Positions 40,450 to 53,400 of a stretch of 64,000 bases of DNA are shown here, piece after piece. Source of the DNA: Hemiscyllium ocellatum. Lineage: Eukaryota. The number at the start of each line of letters is the position of its first letter. Position 1 is the stretch's first letter. A model generated the notes under the pieces. The model saw only the letters and a list, made by a program, of their open reading frames with translations, did not search any database and was not told the DNA's origin. The stretch spans positions 60,937,857 through 61,001,856 of the forward strand of contig NC_083407.1 in assembly GCF_020745735.1 (NCBI RefSeq). Direction: 5' to 3'. Both the position numbers and the translations under genes were made by a program.

Positions 40450-41599
40450 CATAATACAATGAGGCAGAGTCAACTACCGTTCTAAAAGGAAAATCATGTT
40501 TGACAAATTTATTACAGTTCTTTGAGGATGTAAAAAATTTGGTGGAAAAAGGGGAAGCAGTATACATGGTGTATTTGGATAACACACAAGATAGGAACTG
40601 CAGAGCATTATTGAGACCACGCTTAGGATACAAACATATTATTAATTAGGAGCCTAATCCTGACCCACTCCTGCACCTTGATTGACAGATTTTGAAATGG
40701 TCCAGCTCCTTGTCACACGTTTCAATAAAAGTTGGAAGATCAGCAGTTAATGCAGAAGATAGAATTGGAACATTGAAACAGTATTAATGGGCAAATTAAT
40801 CTCAAGATTGCCAAAGCGAAAGTTATTAGGTGCTTATTCCATTATTTGAAGTATTATTGTTTGTAATGAACCTCCTGAAACTGAAAAACAGCAACCTCAT
40901 AATAACACATGATGCAGAGAATTCTAAAGAAGATGATGGAAATAATTATATTTACCAACAAATTATACTGCTCACAAGGGTTTTAGTCCTATGTTGAATG
41001 TATTAGTCATGGTCTCCTTTAACTCTACACTGCTAGATAGTGTTTGTGCTTTGATAATACATTGGAACAAATTTGTTGAAATGTTACCTTGACTTTTTAG
41101 GTGGGTTAAGAAAGTATTACCTGCTTTAGGTTTGGTATTGACAATATATTGAAATCAGTAAAGACAGTTATAGCTCCATGTAAAATAACTAGGGCAAACC
41201 ATTATATCAATCCCAATATATTCTCCAGTGAGCCATCTGTATTACTGAATAAGCTTTGTATGGAAAAAACACAAAAAAACTTGATATCAGGTACCATAGT
41301 CAGTTATTTTTATAAAGCCAGTGGATCTCGTCTGTGCAGTCAGGACTTTATTGTATCTCCTTAACAGTCATGTGGCCTATTAAATAGACACAATTTAAAA
41401 TAAGATTGCAGGGTAATTAAATTATGTTCACAATGTATAATTCTGTAAATAAATATGAAAGTGTCTAAAGATTGGCTTCCGTTCCATCTTTCATTAAATT
41501 ACTTTTTAGAATGGATCACACAAACCATAGTAAGATAAATGAGCAGGCAGTCTGCTTTTTCTGTCTTGCTTAAGAGATTAGCTAGGTCACCGGGGTATT

Positions 41600-41790
41600 C
41601 CATTCATCTTTGAATTGTGTCATGGGAACTTTTACATGCATAAGGGCAGAAGGAGCATAGGCTTACAGTACATTTGCGCCCTTGACAGTACAGCACTTTC
41701 CCATTGTTTCGAGAGTGTCAGCCTTGACTGTGTGCTTAAGTTTCCATAGTGGGGGTTGAACACTTGACCTTCAGTTTGGAATATATCCTC
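41600..41790 (-). mobile_element. Deu-domain (AmnSINE1/SacSINE1-like) SINE remnant
   Basis: tgtcatgggaacttttacat...gacagtacagcact...gagtgtcagcct...gtgcttaag...gttgaac resembles the reverse complement of the Deu domain as recalled. Confidence 0.55.
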
Positions 41791-42044
41791 ACAATCAAGG
41801 CTGACAGTTCAAAAATAAAAATAAAAATCCAGCTAAGCCAATTTTTAAAAAAAAAGTAATGGTAATGTAAAGAAGTGATTTAAAGTCTAATATTCTATAC
41901 CTGCTGGATCCGTGTCAGAAATCTTGGGGTGTGGGGGTTAAGGGGTGTGGAGAGTGGATAAACTCTTCTTGCTCCTGTAAATTTAAGATTTTCCAGTTTT
42001 AATGCTGAAATGCTGATTCTAAAACAGTGGGATATCTTTTTCAG

Positions 42045-42557
42045 ACAAGTATGGTATCTGTAGAAGGACTTTCTAAGTTGGTGGATCCTTCCCAATTGAC
42101 TGAAGAATTTGATGGTACACTGGAGTATAATCACGATGAATGGATTGACCTTCGACTGGCCTTGGAAGAATTCATAAGCAGTGCTGTGCATTTGTTGTCC
42201 AGACTAGAAGACCTGCAGGAGATGTTGGCAAGGAAAGAGTTTCCCCTGGATGTTGAAGGTTCTAGAAAATTAATTGATGAACATACACAATTGAAGAAAA
42301 AGGTTATCAAAGCCCCGGTGGAGGAACTGGACCATGAGGGACAAAGATTGCTGCAGTGTATAAGGTGCAGTGATGGTTTTTCTGGAAAGAACTGCATATC
42401 TGGCAGTGCAGATTTTCAAAGCGTTGTGCCAAAGATCACCAGTCTACTGGATAAACTACACTCAACTAGACAGCATTTGCATCAAATGTGGCATGTTCGG
42501 AAACTGAAGCTAGATCAATGCTTCCAACTTCGGCTGTTTGAGCAAGATGCAGAAAAG
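42045..42557 (+). CDS. kalrn: Kalirin exon (end of Sec14, first spectrin repeat), 513 nt, phase 0 to 0
   Basis: ctttttcag|ACA AGT ATG...GAA AAG|gtaaga. TSMVSVEGLSKLVDPSQLTEEFDG...HLHQMWHVRKLKLDQCFQLRLFEQDAEK, inside ORF 42027..42584. Residues are kalirin-type (LLQCIRCSDGFSG). Confidence 0.97.
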
Positions 42558-42849
42558 GTAAGATTTCATCTATGTAGTACTTAACTTAATGTGCTTGTTA
42601 GAAGGTTAATATGAATTTACTTGATTCTCACCCATCTCTTTTCTCTTATATAATATCAAACAGAATTCACTTTCGAGGAATCACATGCAATTTCTAAACT
42701 GAATAAACTGCAAATGGTACTTTACATTGAGTTTCAACAAAAATTGAAATGTGATCAAGTTTTCTTGCGACTTTATTCAATATTGTTTGAAATTTTCATC
42801 CATTTTCACTTGATAATTGACTACCAGAACAATAATTGTTTAAAAAGTT

Positions 42850-43800
42850 AGAGAGTTATGCTATATATTTGTTTCATATGGCTGGAAAGCAGTTTGGTGT
42901 CGAGGTTAACAATCCATCCAACAGCTTCAGCTGATTCACTGTGAGTGGTTAAGGTGCTATAAGGGATCAATCTATCAGGGCTGGCATTCAGTATATGCAG
43001 GATGGTCTGACATGAATGATCACAGTCACAATTTGAGCTTTTCCTCAAGTTCCACCTGTGGAGCAAGTGGCCAAATTCTCTCTGGCCTGTCTTCAAGTGT
43101 TTGAGGGTTGTCCATATTTTCCATGGAAGATTGGCTCTTGAGACTTCATCACTAAATTCAGCTTCCTCTTTGTGGTCAACCGGGAGGTGTGCCATTAAGA
43201 GGTGGGTCAGTCATCAGTTGTACGATGTGATGTTGTTTCCAGTACGGGTGACATGACTTGAGGCTCTGTGACAGTGGAGGTGCTTTGTTCTCTGTCAGCC
43301 ACTGGTTTTCTTTAAGGAAGATATTTTCCCTGTGAATATCATGTGGTTCAATGTTCTCCCAGTACACATCAGTACATTACTAAATCAAAATTATTATTAA
43401 CTCTAAACCATGAGCCCAGTTGTTTCATTCACATCCCTCCAAATGCAAAGTTGTTGAAGACATCAGGACTGGCGCAAAAGGTGATGGATGTTGCTAGGCT
43501 CAGCTTTCTGTAAAGCTATGCTTGTAAGATTGCTGTCAATTCTAGAACATCCCTAGACTAGATGCATATACCTTTCAGAACCTCTGTTTATAGACTGAAT
43601 GACTTTTCCTCAATACACAACCAGTTTGTTCTGGGCTTGCAAGCTTCTGTAACAAACAATTCTATATTTAAAACAAAATCCCTGCCCATTGTCAGTGATG
43701 ATCCCAGAATACTTTTCTCCTGCAAACTGTTGGCTTATACTCTAGTGAAGGCCATTGGGGACTGAGGGCAGTATTTAAGACATGGTCCACAGATCTTGAG
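42850..43800 (-). mobile_element. Ingi/Vingi-like LINE 3' remnant with C-terminal Zn-knuckle
   Basis: ORF 42848..43195 LPWKIWTTLKHLKTGQ...LHRWNLRKSSNCDCDHSCQTILHILNASP; ORF 43176..43367 NIEPHDIHRE...SLKSCHPYW. Confidence 0.6.
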
Positions 43801-44298
43801 GAGTAGGTCAGAGCAAATAGATTTTGGTACAAATTCTAAATTATCTTACGTCCCTTTTTGTTGGCTTGGTTAAAAAAATCAAAAAGGCTTCTTTTTGAAA
43901 TAAAAGTGCTTGACACATGAATGTTTCTGGCATATTTATGCCAACTTTAGTTGCCCTGAGAATGTGGTGTTGGTGAATTAGCTTCTTGAGTGTCATTATA
44001 GTGGTGCTGATGAAGTTAAATAACTATCTTGTTGGATGCTTGAATGGACATCAGCTTTCCTTCCTAGAGAATATTAATAAACCATTTAACTTCTATGACA
44101 GTGCAATAATTTCATGGTTGTTTCACTTTTACTTTTTTATAAATCAGCATCATATTTCCAGTATTTTTAACTGAATGCAAATTTTCAGAATAATGAATTC
44201 AGATTTATTGATTATTAATGCTGAAACCTAACCAATACCCAGCTGTAGTTATGCTGTAAAGTGTGAGTGTTTCTAAGTAGGGCTTAGTGAATGTACTT

Positions 44299-44795
44299 AA
44301 GATTTATTCAGTGGTTATTTTTAATTAACCTTCTCAGACATCTTAAGACAAACCTCTAGGGTGGCCTTCTGGACTAGAGATAGGGTGCTATCACTGCATC
44401 ACAAGACCCTCAAGACTTATTGAGTAGTTTGTTCTTTTAAACAACCTGTACAAAGATGTTATTACAAGACTTGAACATGGGCCTCCTGATTGAGAGGTTG
44501 AGATGCTACCACTGCATCACAAGAACCTGAAGATTTATAGAGTCGATATTAATAATCAGATTTTCCAGATATGTTATGTCACACCTTTGGGGCAAGTCTG
44601 ACTTAAATCTGGGCCTCCTGGCTCAGAGGTGGGGGCACTGCTACTGCACCACAGGAACCCTAAGATTTATTGAGTGTAGGTTTTTCTAATTAACCTGTTC
44701 AGCGATATTATTCTATGCCTCCAGAGCAGATGGGAGAAGAATCTCAGTCTGTTGGCTCAGAGTTAGGGACACTACCACTGTGCCACAAGACCCCT
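44299..44795 (-). repeat. Tandem array of four diverged 113-134 bp units, each with a tRNA-like head
   Basis: Units start at 44299, 44412, 44530 and 44662 (aagayttat...) and end in ..cactgyrycacargamcc. - strand reads gggtcttgtggcacagtggtagtgtccctaactctgagcc. Confidence 0.8.
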
Positions 44796-45277
44796 AGAGA
44801 AAATTGGCAAATTGATACCACTGAATAGACATGAAGTTCAAATGGCATTGAACCTTATTTCCATTAATTTTCCCCTGAATTTCTCACATGACAATTAAAC
44901 ATTGGTAGATGTAATCCACAAATAATTTTCATGGTCCTCAACAATAAAGACGTTTTATTTATTTCTCTTTGACATTATAATGTTGTCAGAATTCAAAACT
45001 AAAACCAAAAATAATCAATTTATTCCACCTTGCCAGCTAAAATCTTAAGCCCTAAATTCCCATGATTTTACTGATGATACAAGAGATTCACTTTCTTGAT
45101 TATAAATTGAAGATGATGGAAGGCTCAGCCATGGACATTCACAAATCATGATTAAATGCGACATTTTTAAAAAAGATACATTTCATTGCTTGGGTTAAGG
45201 TCCACTCAACAGACACCTTATCCATGCAGTTTAGATCAGGAAATAAGCTCAATTCTTTTGGAGCATCTTAAGACAAG

Positions 45278-46063
45278 GGGCTGGATTTTGTATGCCTTTA
45301 CTGGATTGTTGTTGGTGAAGGAGCATGTAAAGTAGGTCAGCTAGCACACCCACTAACTTCTTACCTGTTCCTGAACTGAGCGCCATAATTCACAAAGTGG
45401 GCAGCGATCAAAATCTGCAGCTTGCCCATCATATGTAAATAATTAACTAAAGGTCAATTAGGTATTTGACTACCCTATTGACCTGAATAATATGTTGCCT
45501 GTACCAAATTATGTTGGCATGGCCAGTCACGCAGCAGTGTTCAGACTGTTCCTTCTGGTCTACATGAAAAATAGCAAGATGGAAGCAGGTTCACCTCTTT
45601 GGGGTGAAGCCTCATTCCTTGAGGGATGCCAAGTGTGTATCAGGTGCACCTGCCCAAAGATGGCACTGACCCAGTCCTTCATTTTATATTGCCAGCCCTG
45701 CAAAACTGGGTCCCTTACACACTCCTTTGCCTTTCCCTAGACTCTAGGGTCTGTTTTAAAAACTTGGGATTGACCTTTCTGTGCAGCCATTATCCTCTCC
45801 AGGCTTATTCCTGCAATCCAGGCAGTGCTGGGGTTGATGTAGCTGCTGGTCAGTCAGATTGACTAAGCTCTTCAGGCAAGACTTCCTCCCACTGAGAGGC
45901 AGAATGCCATTGTTCATGAATTTATCTTCCTCTCAGCATGCTATAGCAGTCAGCTTCTAGCTATTTTTCTAGAGGCTTTGTACAGGTCATTTGCTTTTCT
46001 CTTTCTGTCCATCTCCCTTAAGCCTTCCCGTCCCCACCATCACCAACCAGTTAAACGCAGCCC
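45278..46063. mobile_element. Putative non-autonomous DNA transposon (Harbinger-like MITE)
   Basis: Imperfect short TIRs gggctggatttt / taaacgcagccc, flanked by aag on both sides (3-bp TSD). Confidence 0.4.
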
Positions 46064-49000
46064 AAGTTTGCTGTTGTTTCATACTGAATGCTGGAAATAC
46101 AACTATTGGTGTGCCTAACTCTTTCTTTGCAGTTTGAACATATTGTGTACTTTTACTTTTTTTTGTATTTTTGTATAAATCTTTATTTCACTAATACACC
46201 TGGGAGGAAATTGACGTATGTAAGCAGTACAAAAACAGCTTGTAGCAAATTGGCAGCTGATGTATCATTGTGTGCCTTCTTTCCACTGGAATTCACAGAA
46301 CAGTAGTTCAAATCCTTTTTTGGAAACTTATTTCCTGGTCTTAATGTCATTTTTACTTGATTTGAGATAATAGTCTTGGCAATATTTTGCAAGAAAATAT
46401 AAATTAAGAACTGCCGGAGTGTATAACAGGTTGCCAATGTGTTGCAATTCTTTTTTTGTGTTGCTTTAATTGACTATTTTGCTCATTGCCGAAATGGATA
46501 TCAAGGCAATTACAATGGTGCTGAAAGTTACAACTGATAAACTTGGGAGGAGGAAATACTTCTCCCTTTTCTAACAGTGAGGCATTACTTGGATTAGGAG
46601 AGCAAATTTATGAGGGTGCAAATCTTGATGCCTAATGATACCTGAAGGTGTGTACTCACTACCCTCAATATCTAAAGACTCGTCTTTATAGGCAAAAACA
46701 TTTACTCCCATGTGGCACAGCACTCTTGTCTTTGACATCTCAGCTTCACTGCAGAGCCAGTGACAGCTAGACCATCTGGAGCAGGCTGATTCACAGACAA
46801 CTTCACAAAATTCATGGGCACTCCAACAGTTGTAAAGGTCACTAAAATCTGAATGCGCAATAGAATCCTTCCAGACCACCCTAAGGGACATGTGTTAAAT
46901 GAGACAGTCTGCAAGTCAGACCTATATAAAAGCAAGTGACTGTTTCCCAGAGGCAGCACCAGATTCACTTTCTCAGTGGAAAGAAGACACCAGCTAAAGT
47001 GTGCACGGAACCTTTACTGCCTATCATGTCACCAGGGAGTCCAGAGCATTGTGGATAAAAACCCATGTGGCTATCAGGACTTCTCATAGCAAAATAAATG
47101 AATATATCATTAGGAAAGGGTATCATTTGACAAACGAACCTTGTTCTGCTTCTATTGATCCTTGACTAAAACCACTATATTCTGGATTTTCCACAGGCTG
47201 TAGCCAAGTTAACAAGAGGGTGTAATGCATTTTCAAAGGCTATCCTAGTGTAAAATACAGGGCTCTAAGCTCCAAGGAGACCCACAGTTTTGGGATTAAA
47301 GGTCAAGGCTACTGTACTGGAGTCAGGGGTGGGTTTGATGTCCTCATGTCTGGGTGGGGATGTTGTATATATGTGTGTGAATACATTATGTTTTGCACAT
47401 AGCTAATTTACTGCAGTTATTATTCTTGTGCAAAATGGATATGAAAATGCACTGCATAGAATCACAATAAAAAAGATGACCATTCAAGCCAATATGCGTG
47501 TGCTGGCTGGTAGAGATATCCAATAAGTGTCATGCCATCTGCTCTTTTGCCTTGCCCCTCTAAATGGTTTGCTTCAAATTATTAGTGGAGTTTCTTCTAA
47601 AAATTATTAATCAATCCATATAACTTGGTCTTACTAGCCAGATTTATCCCTGTCCCTGTTTTGGGACAGATGTATTAGTAGTACCACATATCTTTGGAGG
47701 ACTGGAAGATTATAATTAGAGCCTCCACAATATCCATTCATACTTTCTTCAGTAATATATGATGCATCCCATCAAGACTTTCCTACTTTGATGACTTTCA
47801 ACCTTTGAATTATTCCATCTTTATTGATTATCTCCTTTCCATTATCACTACTGTCTCCTTCTTTACTGGGGCATTGGCACCATTCTCTTTTGTAAAGACA
47901 TCTTTGCTCTCTGCCTCCACAGCGAAGTCTTTTTTGGTGTTTCCATCACTTCACCATTCCTTTGATTCTCTTCATGGTAAGCTTGAAAATGCCTTTTCCA
48001 TTAACATTGAACCTTTCTGTTATCACAACTTTTGAAATAACGTTTAGAGAGTAAGTGCATGCATTTTATTTTGCTTTTCACGATGCTGAAAGACATCACT
48101 GCTAAACCTGGAACCATAACCTCCAATGTGATCCCATGGATATAAATTAAAAATAATGATGAGGAATAGCAAAGTGCAAAACTTCAAAGAACTGAATGAA
48201 CTAAGTGTTGGGATACATGGATTGCTGCTGATCCACTTCATTGGACATTGATCACTTTTCAATGTATTATACTTCTCAATGTATTATATGATTGGATCCA
48301 AACAACCGCACTAGTAAATATCAATACAGCCTCCCTTTTCTTTTGTATCTTGAAGGTGTAAATATTGCACTAACACACAAGAAGGTGAGGGGATTTTCTA
48401 TTTGTCAGTTCAGCACAACAAACATAACTGCTTGCTGCTTATGCAAACATTGTGGGTGTATTGGTCCACACTCCTTAAGCTATGATGATTTTTCTTAGTT
48501 ATAGAGAGCCACCATTTAGACTGACCTCTCAAAAGCCACCTGCAAAATATAATATTGAGGCAGGATTTTCAGCCATATTTGGGGATGGGTACTGAGGCTG
48601 AATATCAGACAATATACTGGCTTGCTGGCACAATATCACACTAGAATTTTCCATATTGCCCTTCAGATTTCCTGAAACATCAGGGACTAGGCTAGCCACC
48701 TGAAGTAAGTGTCCTTGTGACAGAGCAGGGTAGGGGAGCAGGACAGCATTCTAACCAGGCTCTGAGGTCTTTTCTGCTCACCCTGGCCACAGCTATATCC
48801 ACAGACCAGGGATCCCACTCCACAATGGTCGCCCATCTGTTGATTCAGTTTTCATTTAAAAGTTTAAATGTGGCAGGGAGGGCACATGTGCAGTCTCTTA
48901 TTGGAATGGTAGTTTGCAATAACTGAGCTGGAGAGCCTCCTATTGACTTCAAGTGTTCACCCACAATCCTTAATTGGATGACAAACCTATTCTCTGACCA

Positions 49001-49697
49001 CACTTTGGCCATTTGGTTCCCAACAGGGGTTTGTGATCCTCATTTGAGCTCAATATTTGGGTTCTTACCCAAAACCCTGCATTTCCTGTTTTGATCAAGA
49101 ATTGATAATACAGTATAAAAATCCTATGTTGCCATAGAATAGATTGTAAAGTTTTATTGCGTAGAATAATTGAATAATTCAAAATGTTGCAGGTTATTTT
49201 AATGATGGCTAATTTATTATACCTTAACATTCATCAATGTTAGATATTGTGGTTTGATCAGTAGTTTGAGCTTTGGACATGAGAGAAGAAAATATGTATT
49301 GAATCTCAGAATGAATGAATGAAATGAGTACCACACATTATAATGTCAGGGAATCAACTAAATTCTGCAGAAGATTGTGTGGACTGGTCACACTGTGGCC
49401 ACAATATTACACAGTATTGTGTGTAATCCCAGCTAATACTCTTACCCTTACAAATCCACATGCCTCTGTTTCCCAAATATTCCAGTAATCAAAATGCAAT
49501 GATGTTGTCCTTCAAGTGTTAGTACCTTCTGCCTCATGTACTCACATGTACAAGATCTAGAAATGTTGTTGTATTGGTGAGTGTTTAACTGTGCAAATTG
49601 TTTGTGTTGATTTCACTGTAGAAAAGAATGACTGATAAAATCACTGTGTCTCTGGCTAGCGTCCATATTTAATTATGATATTGACAAATGCAAGTAA

Positions 49698-50011
49698 TTT
49701 AGATTAGATTCCCTACAGCGTGAAAACAGGCCTTTCAGCCCAACGGGTCCACACCAACCCTCCGAAGTGTAACCCACCCAGACCCATTTCCCTCTCACTA
49801 ATGATCCTAACACTATGGGCAATTTAGCCTGGCCAATCCACCTGACCGGCACATCTTTTGGACTGTGGGAGGAAACCAGAGCACCTGGAGGAAGTCCACA
49901 CAGACACGGGGAGAATGTACAAACTTGACACAGTCACCCAAAGCTGGAATCGAACCTGGGACCCTGGTGCTGTGGGGCAGCAGTGCTAACAACTGAACCA
50001 TAGTGCTGCCC
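49698..50011 (-). mobile_element. HE1-type SINE, full length
   Basis: A and B boxes and tail on the - strand. Confidence 0.9.
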
Positions 50012-51499
50012 ATTAATTGTAATATTTTTATTTCGCAGGTAATGTAAGAATCTGTGAAAAGTGATCATATTTGCTTCTATATTTTTCATTTCTTCAAATC
50101 CAAGAAATTTGCAGTGCCATAACAGAATGTTGGAATTTCATCTTTAAATTGAAAAAAAGTGTTATTAATGAAACACAAACTGGTATTCCAAGACTAATGC
50201 ATCTTCTGAATCATAATGATGAATGGTTTATGGATTGTAAACTAGAGCTAGTTCATAGGTTCAAGCATGTCTGATTTCCCAGAGGAGAGTTGTTAAGCCC
50301 TAGCTTATTAAAGCAGCCAGCTGGAATTAGTTCTGCCTGTTAGGATATTTTCCTTAAGGGGTGTTGTTTTAATGTTTTGAGAGACAGAATATTTCACCAA
50401 AGAAAGGCATTCTTTTGACAACAAATTGAGTGGTTTTGCCTTTCCGTATCACATACAAGTGCTGGAACTTTAAATGTCAGGGGAAAAAATTCTTTTAGGT
50501 TGACTTGCCTGCTGAAGACTAATATGTCACATTTGAGTTAGATAGTGAACAGACACTGTACTGTCAGTCTGAGTAATCTCAGATTTGAGGCTAGAACAAA
50601 AATGAAGACATATATTGGACAACATCATGATGCTGTAAACTAAGTTCAACACAAGGACATGCTCTGTGCTACTGTTTTGAAAGATGTTGATGGCAGGGGT
50701 TTCAGTGACAGTAGCAACATTGAATATCAAGGGGTGGTGGTTTGATTGTCCCTAACTGGTGATGGTCATAGCCTAGCATTTATGTGAGGCAGATGTTACA
50801 CAGAGGAGATATTTTTATTCTATTATGGTCGTGCTTGCCACACAGTGCAGCTTCAGACTATAATCCAACATCCACGCATTTCTCCCCTGGACTCTATTAT
50901 CTTTCTTTGAGATTTTAAAATGAAAATAATTGAAAAAAAACATAAAATTAAACAGTGTTGAAATTAATTAATGAGAATTGTGGTCTGAAAGAAAAGATTC
51001 ATCTTTCGAGGAGATTTATAAGTAAAAAAAGAAAAAAAATGGGTTGTTGAGAAGGAATGGCCTGATGAGACAGAAGGGCCATCATGAACTCAATGTTTAC
51101 ATCGAGCAACAAGATGGTGAGTTTATGAATGACCCAGAACATATTTTGAATTTATAGACATGATGTAACATTGGAGTTGAAATTATTCTTAAGGAATGGA
51201 ATTGTGTTAGAATTTGAATTCAATAAATGTCTGGAACTAAAAGCCATATAGTGATCATGAAATCATTGTCAATTGTTGGAAAAACCCCTTGTGATTCACT
51301 AATATCCTTCATGAAAGGAATTGCAGTCCTTACAGCCTGGCCTACGTATGACTCCAATCCACAGCAATATGGTTGACTCTTAAATGCTCTATGAGCTGGC
51401 CTAAAAAAACTATCCAGTTATAGCAACAGTAATGAGGAAATTGGAATTAAACCAAATGGACCACTTGTCATTGAATAGGTAACAGAAATGGCAATGCAA

Positions 51500-53400
51500 A
51501 CGCAGTTGTGTCAATACAACAAAGTTTTCCTGACATAATCGTCCCACAGAATCATACCCTTTAAGACAATGTCCACCCCTAGGAATGTCCCATCCAACCA
51601 GTAAGACAGGCCCAGCAGAGATGATGGCACAGTGGCATACAGTCAGGAGGGACCTGTCCTAGGAGTCTGTGGACTCCATGAAGATTCATGGATGAGATCT
51701 GACATGGGCAAGGAAAACATCTATTAATTCCATATACCATTCACCATGAATTAGTGCTCCTCCATTTTGGACAGACGTTGGAGGAAGCCCTGAGCTTGGC
51801 AACAGCATGCTGCGTCCATCACCAAGTGTGGATTGGCAGCAGCACCACCCATCGAGCTAGTCCAGTCCTAAAGGACATGGCTGCTAGACTTGGTCTGCAG
51901 CAAGTGGTAAGGGAACCAACAAGAGGAAAAAGCATCTGACCTCATCCTCACCAATCTGCCAGCTGCATATCACAGAATCAGTTAGAGTGACCACTATACA
52001 GTTTTTGTCCCACCTTTGCATTGAGAATAATATCCATTATGTTGTGCGACACTATCCCTGTACTAAATGGGGCAGACTTTGAACAGATCCAGCACCTCTG
52101 GACTGGGCACTCATGAGGAGCTGTGGGCCCTCAACAGCAGCAGAATAGTAATCCAATGTAATCTGCCTCATAATGGTTCCCATATCCCCCACTCTACTAT
52201 TACTGTAGAGGAGCAGGAGAATCAATGTTTTGGGCATAAGCCCTTCTTCAGGAATTCCTGAAGAAGGGCTTATGCCCAAAATGTCGATTCTCCTGCTCTT
52301 CGGATGCTGCCTGGCCTGCTGTGTTTTTCCAGCACCACATTTTTCAACTCTGTTCTCCAGCATCTCCAGTCTTCACTTTCTCCTAGTTGATCTTAAGGAC
52401 CTTGAACCAAACTGGAGCCAACAGAAATCAGGGAAATCTGTCTGTTGGTTGGAGACATATCTAGAACATAAAAGGATGATTGTGGTCATTGTTGGTCAGT
52501 TGGCTCAGCTCCAGGAGCCCTGCAGGTGTTCCCCAGGGTATTGTCCTAAGCCCAACCATCTTCAGCTACTTTATCAAAGAGCTTCTCTTTATCATAAGTG
52601 GGGATGTTCACCGATGATTGTGCAGTGTTCAGCACTTATCACTGTTCCCAGCTACTGAAGGAGTCCATGCCCAAATGCAGCAAGATCTGGACAATATCTA
52701 GGCTTTGGCTGACAGATGTATCACAAATGCAAGGCAATGACCATTTCCAATGGAAGATAATCTAACCATTGCCATTTGACATTTAATGGTGTCACCATCA
52801 CCTAATCTCTCTCTATCAAAATCTTGGGTGTTGACCAGAAACTAAACTGGTCTAGTCATATGAATACTGTAGTCACAAGAGCAGGTTAGAAGCCAGGAAT
52901 CTTGCAGGAAGTAACTTACTTCCTGATCCCCCAAAGCCTGTTCACAACACTCAGGTCAGGAGGGGATAAAATACTTCCCACTTGCCTGGATGGGTACAGT
53001 TCCAGCCACACTCAAGAAGCTTGACACTGTCCAGGACAAAACAGCTGTGCGTCCCATCTACAAGATGCAGTGCAAAAATTCACTGAGTCTTCTTAGACAG
53101 CACCTTTCAAACCCACACCCAGTGCCATCCAAAAGGGCAACGGGAGTAGATACATGGGAACCCAGGCACTGCAAGTGCCCTTCCAAGCCACTCGCCATCC
53201 TGATTTGGAGCTAAATTGCTATCCCTTCACTCTCACTGGGTCAAAATCCTGGAGCTCCCTTCTTTAATGCACAGTGAATGTGTCTCAGGACTGAACTTCT
53301 TTAAGAATGCAATTCACCAGCAAATTCAACAAGGGCAATTAGTGATGGGCAACAAATGCTGGCAAAGCTGCTGAGGCTCACATCCCCAGAATAAATAAAA
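51500..53400 (+). mobile_element. Degenerate non-LTR retrotransposon (clade uncertain), likely partner of the second SINE family; related pieces at about 8690-8815, 34200-34580 (-), 63385-63870 (+)
   Basis: APE-like LGLQQVVREPTRGK, RT-like segments, and a 3' tail shared with the SINE. The 34326..34508 ORF has DKSNLANCRSICQLSIISKV. Confidence 0.65.
52208..52383. mobile_element. Fold-back PLE derivative (family A) with two back-to-back decayed hammerheads
   Basis: Palindrome 52208-52301 centred on ggaa|ttcc; the right arm continues to the element end cactttctcc. Confidence 0.85.

Larger units (their letters stand above)
39960..40530 (+). mobile_element. Degenerate CR1 RT fragment interrupted by a family B element
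   Basis: gacaagtcccctgga (DKSPG)...ggaaaatcatgtttgacaaatttatta (GKSCLTNLL). Confidence 0.8.

Noticed and set aside
42021-42044. Upstream alternative acceptor aaaacag at 42027
   Set aside because: Adds 17 nt (frameshift) and has a poor pyrimidine tract.
44299-44795. CRISPR-like array or functional tRNA gene cluster
   Set aside because: Eukaryotic context, whole units are homologous (no unique spacers), and cloverleaf and B boxes are decayed.
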